From positions 3,616,001-3,680,000 of the forward strand of contig OY764216.1 in assembly GCA_963668315.1 (NCBI GenBank): a stretch of DNA of 64,000 bases, given 5' to 3'. Of this stretch, positions 1 through 8,373 are shown in pieces. The first letter of the stretch is position 1; each line of letters starts with the position of its first letter. A program made the position numbers and the translations under genes. Origin of the DNA: Spirochaetia bacterium. Lineage in GTDB: Bacteria; Spirochaetota; Spirochaetia; DSM-2461. The notes under the pieces were generated by a model. That model searched no databases, was not told the origin of the DNA, and saw only the letters and a program-made list of their open reading frames with translations.

Positions 1-2
1 CC

Positions 3-512
3 CAGACAAGAGACACTCTCCTCTGTATGGATATGGGACATTTTCATCCCACCGAATCCGTTGCCGACAAAATCTCCTCCTTTTTTCTCTTTAAAGACGA
101 ACTGCTTCTTCATGTAAGCCGTCCCGTCCGGTGGGATTCGGACCATGTGGTCATCATGAATGATGAGCTGATGCTTCTCATGCAGGAGCTTGTCAGATCG
201 GGTTCTCTGGATAAGACCCATATCGGCCTTGATTTTTTCGACGGCACCATCAATCGCATCGGCGCCTATACGGTAGGTTCCCGTTCCGCCCTCAAGGGAC
301 TGCTTTCGGCTCTTCTCGAACCGGCCGCTCTGTTAACCGAATATGACAGGAAAGGTAACTATTTTGCCCGTCTCGCCCTGCTGGAAGAGTGCAAAACCCT
401 TCCTCTCGGAGCTGTCTGGGATGAATACTGCCGCAGAACGGATACCGTACTGGATAAAGAGCTGATCAAGGAGGTCATGTCCTATGAAAGCGACGTCCTC
501 TCAAAAAGATAG
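3..512 (+). CDS. rhaA: L-rhamnose isomerase, C-terminal part (5' end outside window)
   Basis: Motifs DMGHFHPTE, LLLHVSRPVRWDSDHV, IGLDFFD..INRI, LP.GAVWD; frame open from window start. Confidence 0.92.
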   Translation, partial: QTRDTLLCMDMGHFHPTESVADKISSFFLFKDELLLHVSRPVRWDSDHVVIMNDELMLLMQELVRSGSLDKTHIGLDFFDGTINRIGAYTVGSRSALKGLLSALLEPAALLTEYDRKGNYFARLALLEECKTLPLGAVWDEYCRRTDTVLDKELIKEVMSYESDVLSKR

Positions 513-1605
513 TCCCTTTGAAACTCTGGTGAGGGTTTCCCGGGAGTACGGCAGCAATGCCGATTTCGTTCTTGCCGGGGGCGGCAACACCTCCTGCAAG
601 GAGAAGGGCCGTATGTTTGTAAAGGCTTCGGGAACCCAGCTGGGAACCATAGAGGCCGACGGCTTTACAGAGATCGATCTGGAGAAGCTGTCGAAAATTT
701 GGACATCATCCTACTCTCAGGACAAGGATCAGCGGGAAGAGGAGGTTCTGAGCGACCTGATGGCTTCAAGGGTTGATCCCGAAGGCAGAAGGCCCTCGGT
801 AGAAACCCTTCTTCACGGCCTTTTCCCCTTTACATACGTAATCCATACCCATCCGGCTCTTATCAACGGGATCACCTGCTCCCGGGAGGGAGAGCGGGCC
901 GCCCGTAAAGTTTTCGGCGAGGAAATCATCTGGATCCCCGTCATTGATCCGGGCTACATACTGGCATTGGCCGTCAAGGAGAAAGTTGACGCCTACGAAA
1001 AGGAAAAGGGGATTTTCCCCCAAGTGGTGGTGCTGCAGAATCACGGTATATTCATTGCCTCCGACAGCATAGAAGAGATTGACAGAATCTACACAGATTA
1101 TATGGATAAGGTCAAAGCCCTGTCTCCCCGTCCCGTCCCGGAAAAATTTACCTCCCTGGACGACCTGGATAATCTGCTGGATTCCCTTTCCCGGCTGAAA
1201 CCGGAACTGACGGCAAAGCCCTACGGGAACCCCGTCCTTTCAGGATATCTGAAAGATAAAGATTCCTTTGCTCCCTTAGCGGAAAGCCCCACTCCCGACC
1301 ATATTGTCTACAGCGGTTACAAGGCACTCTGGCTGGAAGATGGTCAAAAGCTCGAGGAAGAAGCATCGGCCTTTGAAAAAAAGGAAGGATTTTTTCCCCG
1401 GATCATTGCGGTAAAAGGCCGGGGAATCATCGCCTGCCATACATCGGAAAGCAAGGCGGATACGGCGGCGGAACTCTTCTGCGATCACCTGAAGATCGCC
1501 GTGATTTCCCGGGCTTTCGGAGGAATCCAGTTCATGCCCGTGGAGAATGTAAATTTCATCCGCAACTGGGAAGTGGAAAAATACCGGGCCTCCATGGCCA
1601 AATAG
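484..1605 (+). CDS. Class II aldolase/adducin family, probable rhamnulose-1-phosphate aldolase (no fused SDR domain)
   Basis: GGGNTS.K, KASG, RPSVET..H, HTH, LQNHG zinc motifs; overlaps rhaA 3' end. Confidence 0.8.
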   Translation: MKATSSQKDSPFETLVRVSREYGSNADFVLAGGGNTSCKEKGRMFVKASGTQLGTIEADGFTEIDLEKLSKIWTSSYSQDKDQREEEVLSDLMASRVDPEGRRPSVETLLHGLFPFTYVIHTHPALINGITCSREGERAARKVFGEEIIWIPVIDPGYILALAVKEKVDAYEKEKGIFPQVVVLQNHGIFIASDSIEEIDRIYTDYMDKVKALSPRPVPEKFTSLDDLDNLLDSLSRLKPELTAKPYGNPVLSGYLKDKDSFAPLAESPTPDHIVYSGYKALWLEDGQKLEEEASAFEKKEGFFPRIIAVKGRGIIACHTSESKADTAAELFCDHLKIAVISRAFGGIQFMPVENVNFIRNWEVEKYRASMAK

Positions 1606-1611
1606 GATTTT

Positions 1612-2478
1612 TCAGCCCCTGCGGTAAGTGCTCGGACTGACTCCTTTTACTTTACCGAATTGCCTGGTAAAGTAATTGGAGTCGTTGTAGCCGAGCAGAT
1701 CGGAAATCTCCATCATGGAGAAGGGACTGTTCCTGAGATACCAGCAGGCCCGGTCCACCCGAAGCTGCTGATGATACTGAAGGGGAGAAAGGCCCGTTAT
1801 TTTTTTAAAAGAACGGAACAGGGTACTTTCCGACATGCCCGCGACCGATTTAAGCTCATCAATTGTTATATTTTCCGTCAGATGCGTCTCGATATAACTG
1901 AAAACCTGACCGATCCGGTAAGGAAGAGCCGGCCGATTTCCCCCGTACTGCTTATCGAATTCCCTTGAAACGAAATGGATGATCTGCATGAACTGCGAAA
2001 TGGCCAGAAACTGGTCCCCCGGTTCATTCCTTTCCAGAATCTCATCCAGCCGCTCCGCATCACGAAGAAGGCTCTCCAGTTTAACGTCATTCAATCGAAA
2101 AATCAGACGTTTTAAGTCAGTGAAACGGGTAGTCGGATCAACGGTGAAAATGCTGTGATAACCGGGGGAACGGCCCATATCAGCCAGAGGAATGGCCAGA
2201 TGGTTGATATCAAAAAGAATATTGATAAGTCTCAGCTGGTGAAGATCCTTATAGCCATGGATCATATCACCCTTTATGACGAAAACGGCGCCCCGTTCAA
2301 TGGGCAGAACGCCCTGTGGGTCATAGTGGACGCCGTCTCCGGATAGGACAATGACCAGCTCCATAAAATCATGGGAATGGAGCGGGTAGGGAGGCTGGGG
2401 GTTCCGTCTCAGAACTTTCAAGGGAATATTTCCGGGTGTGAAAAACTCTTCCCTCATTAAATGATGATATTCTTCCAT
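1612..2478 (-). CDS. AraC-family regulator, RhaR/RhaS-like
   Basis: N-terminal cupin H.HDF.ELVIV..G.G.H; C-terminal double HTH ending GYNDSNYFTRQF; adjacent to rha genes; ATGACA-N17-TATGAT upstream. Confidence 0.88.
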   Translation of the reverse strand: MEEYHHLMREEFFTPGNIPLKVLRRNPQPPYPLHSHDFMELVIVLSGDGVHYDPQGVLPIERGAVFVIKGDMIHGYKDLHQLRLINILFDINHLAIPLADMGRSPGYHSIFTVDPTTRFTDLKRLIFRLNDVKLESLLRDAERLDEILERNEPGDQFLAISQFMQIIHFVSREFDKQYGGNRPALPYRIGQVFSYIETHLTENITIDELKSVAGMSESTLFRSFKKITGLSPLQYHQQLRVDRACWYLRNSPFSMMEISDLLGYNDSNYFTRQFGKVKGVSPSTYRRG

Positions 2479-2525
2479 AACCGAAAAATATCATAGCAGA
2501 ACCCCGGGCCTTTGTCATGTCCCGT

Positions 2526-3539
2526 TTAGGCGGATATTTCATCTCCGGCGGAACCTGAAGAGACCGCCTGATCCTTGATCTCCTTATATTCCCTGTGATC
2601 GGAATAGAGTTCCTCCTTGTAGGGATTCCTTCCGGTCTTCTTCATCCTGATGATCATATAGACAACGATGGCGATATTGACGGCCAGAGAAGCCGCTCCG
2701 AAGAACAGATAGATACCGGGTTTATAAGTTGACGTAACAGCGAATTTTCCCTGATCCTGGAAAAAGGGGAAAGTCTGTGCGAACATACACCAGATGGCAA
2801 GGGTCTGGGCGCGGTGCTGAAGCCAGGCGCCTTTGCCCAAAGTAAAAGCACAAAGGGTGGGAGCGAACAAAAGAGCAAAACCGCAGTACCAGGCATGGTG
2901 GGGGAGACAGTTGTAAGTATAGGTGAAGTTCCACAGGTCATAGGCTATAATCCAGAACCAGAGCATATCGGGCCACAGCATATCACGGCTCTTGTCTTTG
3001 GCTGTTTGTTTTCTGATGGTAATTCCGACCCAGCCGGACAGGGCGATAATATTCAATAGACCGGCAATCCCGTTCATATGATTCCAGATACCCCCGAGAA
3101 CGAAAACTCCCTCGTCAGCGGTAATCCCGCCGCCCGAATACAGGGTACCCACCTGGAAATCCCTGACACAGGCTTCCAGAATATTGATGGCAAGAATAAC
3201 GGGAGGAAAATAGAGGGCCCATTTTTTCTCAGAGAGCTGCCACTCCTTACCGGTGGTTTTATCCTTTCCTTTCAGATGACGGATAAGCCAGAATCCGATA
3301 CAGCCGGCAGTGGAAGAGTAAACTTTCGCCAGATGAAACCAGTCGGTATAGGTCTCGTCCTTTAAAAGAGTAAACCAGATTCCCGTTAAAATAACCGGTA
3401 AAGCGACAAAGGTAAAAAATCCGACCCATTTCCAGCGGCGTGCCACTTCATTAAAAGCAAACAGCAAAAACAGAATAAAAATCCACATACCCCAGGTTGA
3501 ACCCAGGGTTGCTCCGGAAGCTGTATTGAAGACAAACAT
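2526..3539 (-). CDS. DUF5692-like multi-pass membrane protein
   Basis: Hydrophobic; WFH.AKVYS, LAINILEA..RDF, DMLWPDM.W.WI.AYD.WNF.Y.YNC, AWLQHRA.TL motifs; start set at ATG behind GAGGAG. Confidence 0.75.
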   Translation of the reverse strand: MFVFNTASGATLGSTWGMWIFILFLLFAFNEVARRWKWVGFFTFVALPVILTGIWFTLLKDETYTDWFHLAKVYSSTAGCIGFWLIRHLKGKDKTTGKEWQLSEKKWALYFPPVILAINILEACVRDFQVGTLYSGGGITADEGVFVLGGIWNHMNGIAGLLNIIALSGWVGITIRKQTAKDKSRDMLWPDMLWFWIIAYDLWNFTYTYNCLPHHAWYCGFALLFAPTLCAFTLGKGAWLQHRAQTLAIWCMFAQTFPFFQDQGKFAVTSTYKPGIYLFFGAASLAVNIAIVVYMIIRMKKTGRNPYKEELYSDHREYKEIKDQAVSSGSAGDEISA

Positions 3540-3586
3540 AACAAACTCCTCTCTCATATAAATATTTTTTTATTTATTTCAGGATG

Positions 3587-3615
3587 ATAATATTTTACTT
3601 ATCTGGATATGTCAA
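3587..3615 (-). promoter_or_regulatory. sigma70-type promoter of the DUF5692 gene
   Basis: TTGACA (3615-3610), 17 nt, TATTAT (3592-3587). Confidence 0.7.
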
Positions 3616-3654
3616 TCTTTTTTACATTTTATTCCCATTATTTAATTATATTTA

Positions 3655-3683
3655 TTGTATTTATCCTTTTTTTAAAGTATATT
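3655..3683 (+). promoter_or_regulatory. sigma70-type promoter of the FadR gene
   Basis: TTGTAT (3655-3660), 17 nt, TATATT (3678-3683). Confidence 0.6.
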
Positions 3684-3696
3684 TTTCAATACTGGA

Positions 3697-3713
3697 CCTT
3701 GGTCATACCAAGG
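3697..3713. promoter_or_regulatory. FadR/PdhR/LldR-type operator
   Basis: Perfect inverted repeat CCTTGGT-cat-ACCAAGG matching TGGT-N3-ACCA, between promoter and start codon of the FadR gene. Confidence 0.7.
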
Positions 3714-3728
3714 ATTTTCGAGGTAAAT

Positions 3729-4442
3729 ATGGAATTCAATAAACTATCATCTCCGTCGTTGAAGGACCTTTTCATTAGAGAAATTGAAGATATGATCCTT
3801 TCGGGAAAACTGGAAACGGGAGAAAAACTTCCCAGTGAAAGGGAACTGGCCGAAAAAATGGGAGTCAGCCGCATCGTCGTCAACTCCGGTCTGACAGAAC
3901 TTTCCAACGTCGGTTTCGTAGAAATTATTCCCCGTAAGGGAGCCTATATCGCCGATTACAGAAGAAAGGGCTCCATTGACACACTGCTGGCCATATTACG
4001 CTTTCAGGGAGGAGAATTAAAGAAAAATGAGATGAAATCTCTTTTGGAAATTCGTCTCGTCATCGAAGTACTGGCCATAGAACTGGCCGTAGAAAAACTG
4101 ACCCGTAATGATTGCCGTAAACTTGAAAAAAAATATATCGATTTTACCGAATCACAAAATCCCAAAGAGTCAGCCCAGACCATATTTTCCTTTCACCATG
4201 AGCTTTCTCTTTTGTCGGGGAACACGATGCTTCCTCTGATATTTTATTCTTTCAAAGAGTTGTCCACCATGCTCTGGTGCCGTTATTTTGAACTTCATGG
4301 AAAAGAAGCTCTTGTTGAAAATACCTTCCAATTGCTGGAAAGCCTGAAGAACCGGGATAAAGACAGGGCCATTGATTATTTCAAAGAAAGTCTTCAGAAA
4401 ACCATACACGGTAATGTTTCCATCTATTTTGAGGAAACCTGA
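3729..4442 (+). CDS. GntR family, FadR subfamily transcriptional regulator
   Basis: GEKLPSERELAEKMGVSR wHTH plus FCD domain (E.R..IE, FH..L...SGN); start behind GAGGT. Confidence 0.9.
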   Translation: MEFNKLSSPSLKDLFIREIEDMILSGKLETGEKLPSERELAEKMGVSRIVVNSGLTELSNVGFVEIIPRKGAYIADYRRKGSIDTLLAILRFQGGELKKNEMKSLLEIRLVIEVLAIELAVEKLTRNDCRKLEKKYIDFTESQNPKESAQTIFSFHHELSLLSGNTMLPLIFYSFKELSTMLWCRYFELHGKEALVENTFQLLESLKNRDKDRAIDYFKESLQKTIHGNVSIYFEET

Positions 4443-4550
4443 TTCAATATCAGGCTTATTTGGGGAATTATTCCTTTTCTATGGTAATATTAGGCTAATA
4501 TTAAATCAAGGCTTTACTTCTGATAATATTTATTCTGTCTACCTATATTA

Positions 4551-4580
4551 TAAGACAGAAGGAATCAAACCCTCTGTCTC
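4551..4580 (-). terminator. Probable terminator of the mre/radical SAM transcript
   Basis: Minus-strand stem GAGACAGAGGG/CCTTCTGTCTT, 7-nt loop, just after the stop codon, A/U-rich tail. Confidence 0.5.
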
Positions 4581-4584
4581 TTAT

Positions 4585-7026
4585 CTATGAGAGAAATAAA
4601 TCTTTATAGGAGATAAAATTTCCTTCCCTGTCCAAGGCCCAGCTTTTTTTACGACATATTCTGAACCGGGAATAATCATCAAAGTTTTCCCTCAGGAATT
4701 TGTTGATGCTGTTGTATAACACCTTCTCCCTGGAAAAAGTATGTCTGATCAAAAGAGATTCTTTACCGCTGCCATCAAGGATGGTAAAGGATTTCTCAAT
4801 TTCCAATGTGTTAATCAGCTGAGTAATTTTCTCCTGCAACGCATCTTTAGACAGATCCCCATGACTCAGCTCCCAATCGGCACCTCCCCAGTTTTTCATG
4901 AGTGTCAGCTTTTTAAGGCCTTCCACGACAGGGAGTTCTATCAATTCTTTGATTGAGATGCCTTCCGCCGATTTCCCGTTGAATTCTTCAATGAGCCTCT
5001 CCGTGTCAATTTTCTCGGTCATTTCGACTAGGACAACTTCATCTTCCGAACGGGCTCCCAGGGACAAGGGATTGGCAAACTCCAGTTTGGGCTTAGGATT
5101 AAACCCCTGGGACATTTTCAGCGGAACATCACAGCGGTACAAAGCCCGTTCCACGGCTCGGGAAAAATCCAGATGCCCGATGAACTGGGCGGTTCCCATT
5201 TTCTCCACCTTCAATAGATACGGATGATAGGAATCTTCTTTCCCTTTCACACAGGCAGGTGACGGCTCCATACTGCTCTTTCCGTACCGTACTTTCAGAT
5301 CACGGGAACAGACACCGCAGTGCTCTTTGCAGGGATCATCGCAGGAAGGAGAAATAAAACTTTCAAGTGAGCGGTCATTTTCCTTTTTCAGGGATTTTTC
5401 CGTGACGGCAAGATCGATAAAATCGTATAATTCGGTAAAGTTCTTATGGTCCGAACAGGTAACACCTTCCACATCCCAATCCGCTTCAGCGATAAGGGAT
5501 TTCCACAGTTCTCTGTTCAGATGGTCATCCCAGCTGTCAAGGCGTGCCCCCTTCCTGTAGGCTTCAAGGAAAAGTTCCCCCGCCCGCTTATCGCCCCGGG
5601 AAAGCACGGCTTCTATCAGTGAGGCGAAGGGCGAATGAAAACTGACCCTGATATTTCGGCCGACATTCTTTTTTATGTAGAGTATTTTTTCCAGACTGAC
5701 CATCTCTTCCAGCTGTCTGGCTTCCTTAAAGGGCGTAAACACCTTAGGAATGAACGTTCCGATATTGACGGTCAGGTTGATTTTGGTCGCCATCTGGATC
5801 CTGTTCAGATAGGCGATCATTTCATCCTCTTCCTTATGATCTATGGATACGGGAAGACCGAGCATAAAATAGAATTTAGCCTGCCGCCACCCTCTTCGTT
5901 TCGCCTCTCTCAGGATTTCGATAATCTTTTCTTCGGACACGTCCTTGTTGATTCCGTGCTGCCAGTCCTCCCTGGCCGCCTCGACGGCAAAGGTCAATCC
6001 GCTTTTTTTCACTTCTCCGATTTTTTCAATCAGATCAAGGCTCAGTGAGTTAACCCGCAAAGACGGAAGGGAAAATGAGACATGCCGGCCTTTATACCGG
6101 TCATTCAACACATCTACCAGTCCGGAAATATCGGTAAAATCGCCGGAAGATAGGGAGGATAGCGTAATATCCCTGTAGCCCGCCTCGTTAACAAGAAAGT
6201 CAGTCTCCGCAATAATAAGGTCCCAGTCTTTCTCCCTTTTGGGACGATAATAAACTCCGGCATGGCAGAAGCGGCATTTATTGGGACATCCCCGCATTAT
6301 CTCGACAACCCCATGATCCTGAACGGTTTCGATGGTGGGCACGGGCAGTGCGCTGGTCCAACCCCGTTCCTGTCCGAACCGGGAGTATTTGGTAATGACG
6401 GTTTTCTCTTTTTTTCCGTCATACCAGATATAACTCTGCTCTTCCAGGAGTTTTTTGAGCTCATCCCGCCCCTTGCCCGCTTTTTTCAGCCTGACCATTT
6501 CGGAAAGGAGGGAAACATAACCTTCCTCCCCTTCCCCAATATAAAAATAATCGATAAATTCAGAATAGGGCAAAGGATTGGTAACCGTCGGGCCGCCGGC
6601 GATAATGATGGGATCGTTTTCACTTCGGTCCGCATTACGCAGGGGGATTTTCCCCAGTTCCAGTATATTAAGCAGATTGGTAAAACCGAGTTCATATCCA
6701 ATGGAGAAAGCCAGAAGATCCAACTCTTTCAGTGGGAGTGCTTTCTCCAGGGTAAAATAGGAAATATCCTTTTCCCTTAACAGCTTCTCCATATCTTCCA
6801 TGGGGGCGAAAACTCTTTCGCACTGGACGCCATCCAGCGAATTAGCCAGGGAATATATGATTTTTATCGCCTGATTGGACATGCCTATGGAATACAGGTC
6901 GGGAAAGGATATCCCCATCAGCAGGGGTTGCTTCTCTTCATATGTAATGGAACCGAATTCTCCTCCCGAGTACTGTCCCGGAGACTGTACGGCGTAAAGG
7001 AGTTCTTCTCTGTCTATATATGTCAT
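4585..7026 (-). CDS. TIGR03960-like B12-binding radical SAM protein fused to TIGR03936/DUF2344 domain
   Basis: FPDLY.IGMSN, EIMRGCPNKCRFC (CxxxCxxC), GLTFA.EA; C-terminal FIGHLDF.R..ERA..R...P...SQGFNP.PK. Confidence 0.88.
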   Translation of the reverse strand: MTYIDREELLYAVQSPGQYSGGEFGSITYEEKQPLLMGISFPDLYSIGMSNQAIKIIYSLANSLDGVQCERVFAPMEDMEKLLREKDISYFTLEKALPLKELDLLAFSIGYELGFTNLLNILELGKIPLRNADRSENDPIIIAGGPTVTNPLPYSEFIDYFYIGEGEEGYVSLLSEMVRLKKAGKGRDELKKLLEEQSYIWYDGKKEKTVITKYSRFGQERGWTSALPVPTIETVQDHGVVEIMRGCPNKCRFCHAGVYYRPKREKDWDLIIAETDFLVNEAGYRDITLSSLSSGDFTDISGLVDVLNDRYKGRHVSFSLPSLRVNSLSLDLIEKIGEVKKSGLTFAVEAAREDWQHGINKDVSEEKIIEILREAKRRGWRQAKFYFMLGLPVSIDHKEEDEMIAYLNRIQMATKINLTVNIGTFIPKVFTPFKEARQLEEMVSLEKILYIKKNVGRNIRVSFHSPFASLIEAVLSRGDKRAGELFLEAYRKGARLDSWDDHLNRELWKSLIAEADWDVEGVTCSDHKNFTELYDFIDLAVTEKSLKKENDRSLESFISPSCDDPCKEHCGVCSRDLKVRYGKSSMEPSPACVKGKEDSYHPYLLKVEKMGTAQFIGHLDFSRAVERALYRCDVPLKMSQGFNPKPKLEFANPLSLGARSEDEVVLVEMTEKIDTERLIEEFNGKSAEGISIKELIELPVVEGLKKLTLMKNWGGADWELSHGDLSKDALQEKITQLINTLEIEKSFTILDGSGKESLLIRHTFSREKVLYNSINKFLRENFDDYSRFRICRKKSWALDREGNFISYKDLFLS

Positions 7027-8373
7027 TTAATCTCTATACCTCTTCTGGTGTATGCTCAGCATAATACCAATTGAGATAAATGCCGTCCAGAGAGAAGAGC
7101 CGCCATAGGAGAGAAAAAGCAGAGGAATACCCGTGATGGGCATGATACCAATGGCCATGCCGATATTCTCTATGATATGGAAGGAGATCATTCCCACGAC
7201 CCCGGCGGTGATGAGAGACCCGAAACGGTCTTTTGAGGTGGCCACGATATAGAGCCCCCTGATGATTATGAGGGAAAAAAGAAGAAACAGGATCAAGGTT
7301 CCCATGAAACCGCTCTCTTCTGCGAAAATGGAAAAGATAAAGTCCGTGCTCTGCTGGGGAAGAAACCGGTAGTGGGACTGGGTTCCCTCTAGGAATCCCT
7401 TGCCCATAATGCCCCCAGAGCCTACGGCGGTAACGGATTGGATGATATTCCATCCTGCCCCCCTGGGATCTACCTGGGGATTGAGAAATACGACAAGGCG
7501 CATCAGCTGATACCCTTTGAGCGCCTTGAAAGCCCCCAGGGTGACAAAATAAGAGACAAGAACCGCCGAGGAGACATAAAGGAGTCCCATGTAGATCTTT
7601 TTGCGGTAGAGGGCGACTCCCAGACCGGTCAGCATAATAAAAGCGGAAAGTCCTATGATAAAGGGAATCATGATTTCCCGGTCGCTGAAAAGCCTTCCCA
7701 GGACTTTGAATTCCTGGGAAAGATAGAGATCCCAGGCATTGAAAATGGTGAAACAGGACGTAAAAATAACGACGAGGAAAATATACCCCAGATACTTCAT
7801 ATCCGCTCCCCCGATGAAAAGGGTAAAGATAAGTATGGGAAAAAACACCAGGGTGGTTCCCAGGTCGGGCTGCACCAGAATCAGGACGGCCGGGATTCCG
7901 ACAATGACACAGGACATCATGAACACCCTGAAGGAGCGCATTTCCGTGGCGTTATCCTCCAGATAGGATGCCAGATAGATTATGGTGGCTATTTTGGTGA
8001 ACTCCGAGGCCTGAATTCCCAGAGAACCGATTCCGATCCACGACCGGGCGCCGTTACGGACCGAGCCGAAAAGGAGCGTCACCAGGAGGAGAAAAAGAAA
8101 AAAGAAATAGATATAGTGGGAAATGAGTTTAATGCGCCTGTAATCAATGAATGAAATGACAAACATGAGAATAATACCGGAGATTCCCCAGAAGATCTGT
8201 TTGATATACTCCCGGGAAACGTTTTCTCCCGTAGAGGTGATGCCGCTGGAATAGATAAAAAGAATTCCGATAACCGTCAGAATGATTACGGTGAAAATGA
8301 GAACGAAGTCATACCCCATGATGGAGAAACGTTTCTGTGACGGACCCTGAATACCGGACGATCTACGGGGCAT
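7027..8373 (-). CDS. rodA: Rod shape-determining protein RodA
   Basis: SEDS motifs GARSWI, Q.SEF.K, QPDLGT, TDFIFS..AEE.G, PITGIPL.F.SYGGSS; start behind GGAGG. Confidence 0.95.
   Translation of the reverse strand: MPRRSSGIQGPSQKRFSIMGYDFVLIFTVIILTVIGILFIYSSGITSTGENVSREYIKQIFWGISGIILMFVISFIDYRRIKLISHYIYFFFLFLLLVTLLFGSVRNGARSWIGIGSLGIQASEFTKIATIIYLASYLEDNATEMRSFRVFMMSCVIVGIPAVLILVQPDLGTTLVFFPILIFTLFIGGADMKYLGYIFLVVIFTSCFTIFNAWDLYLSQEFKVLGRLFSDREIMIPFIIGLSAFIMLTGLGVALYRKKIYMGLLYVSSAVLVSYFVTLGAFKALKGYQLMRLVVFLNPQVDPRGAGWNIIQSVTAVGSGGIMGKGFLEGTQSHYRFLPQQSTDFIFSIFAEESGFMGTLILFLLFSLIIIRGLYIVATSKDRFGSLITAGVVGMISFHIIENIGMAIGIMPITGIPLLFLSYGGSSLWTAFISIGIMLSIHQKRYRD

Noticed and set aside
3609..3728. 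Hydrophobic 40-aa N-terminal extension of the FadR ORF
   Set aside because: Translation of AT-rich promoter DNA; true start is ATG 3729
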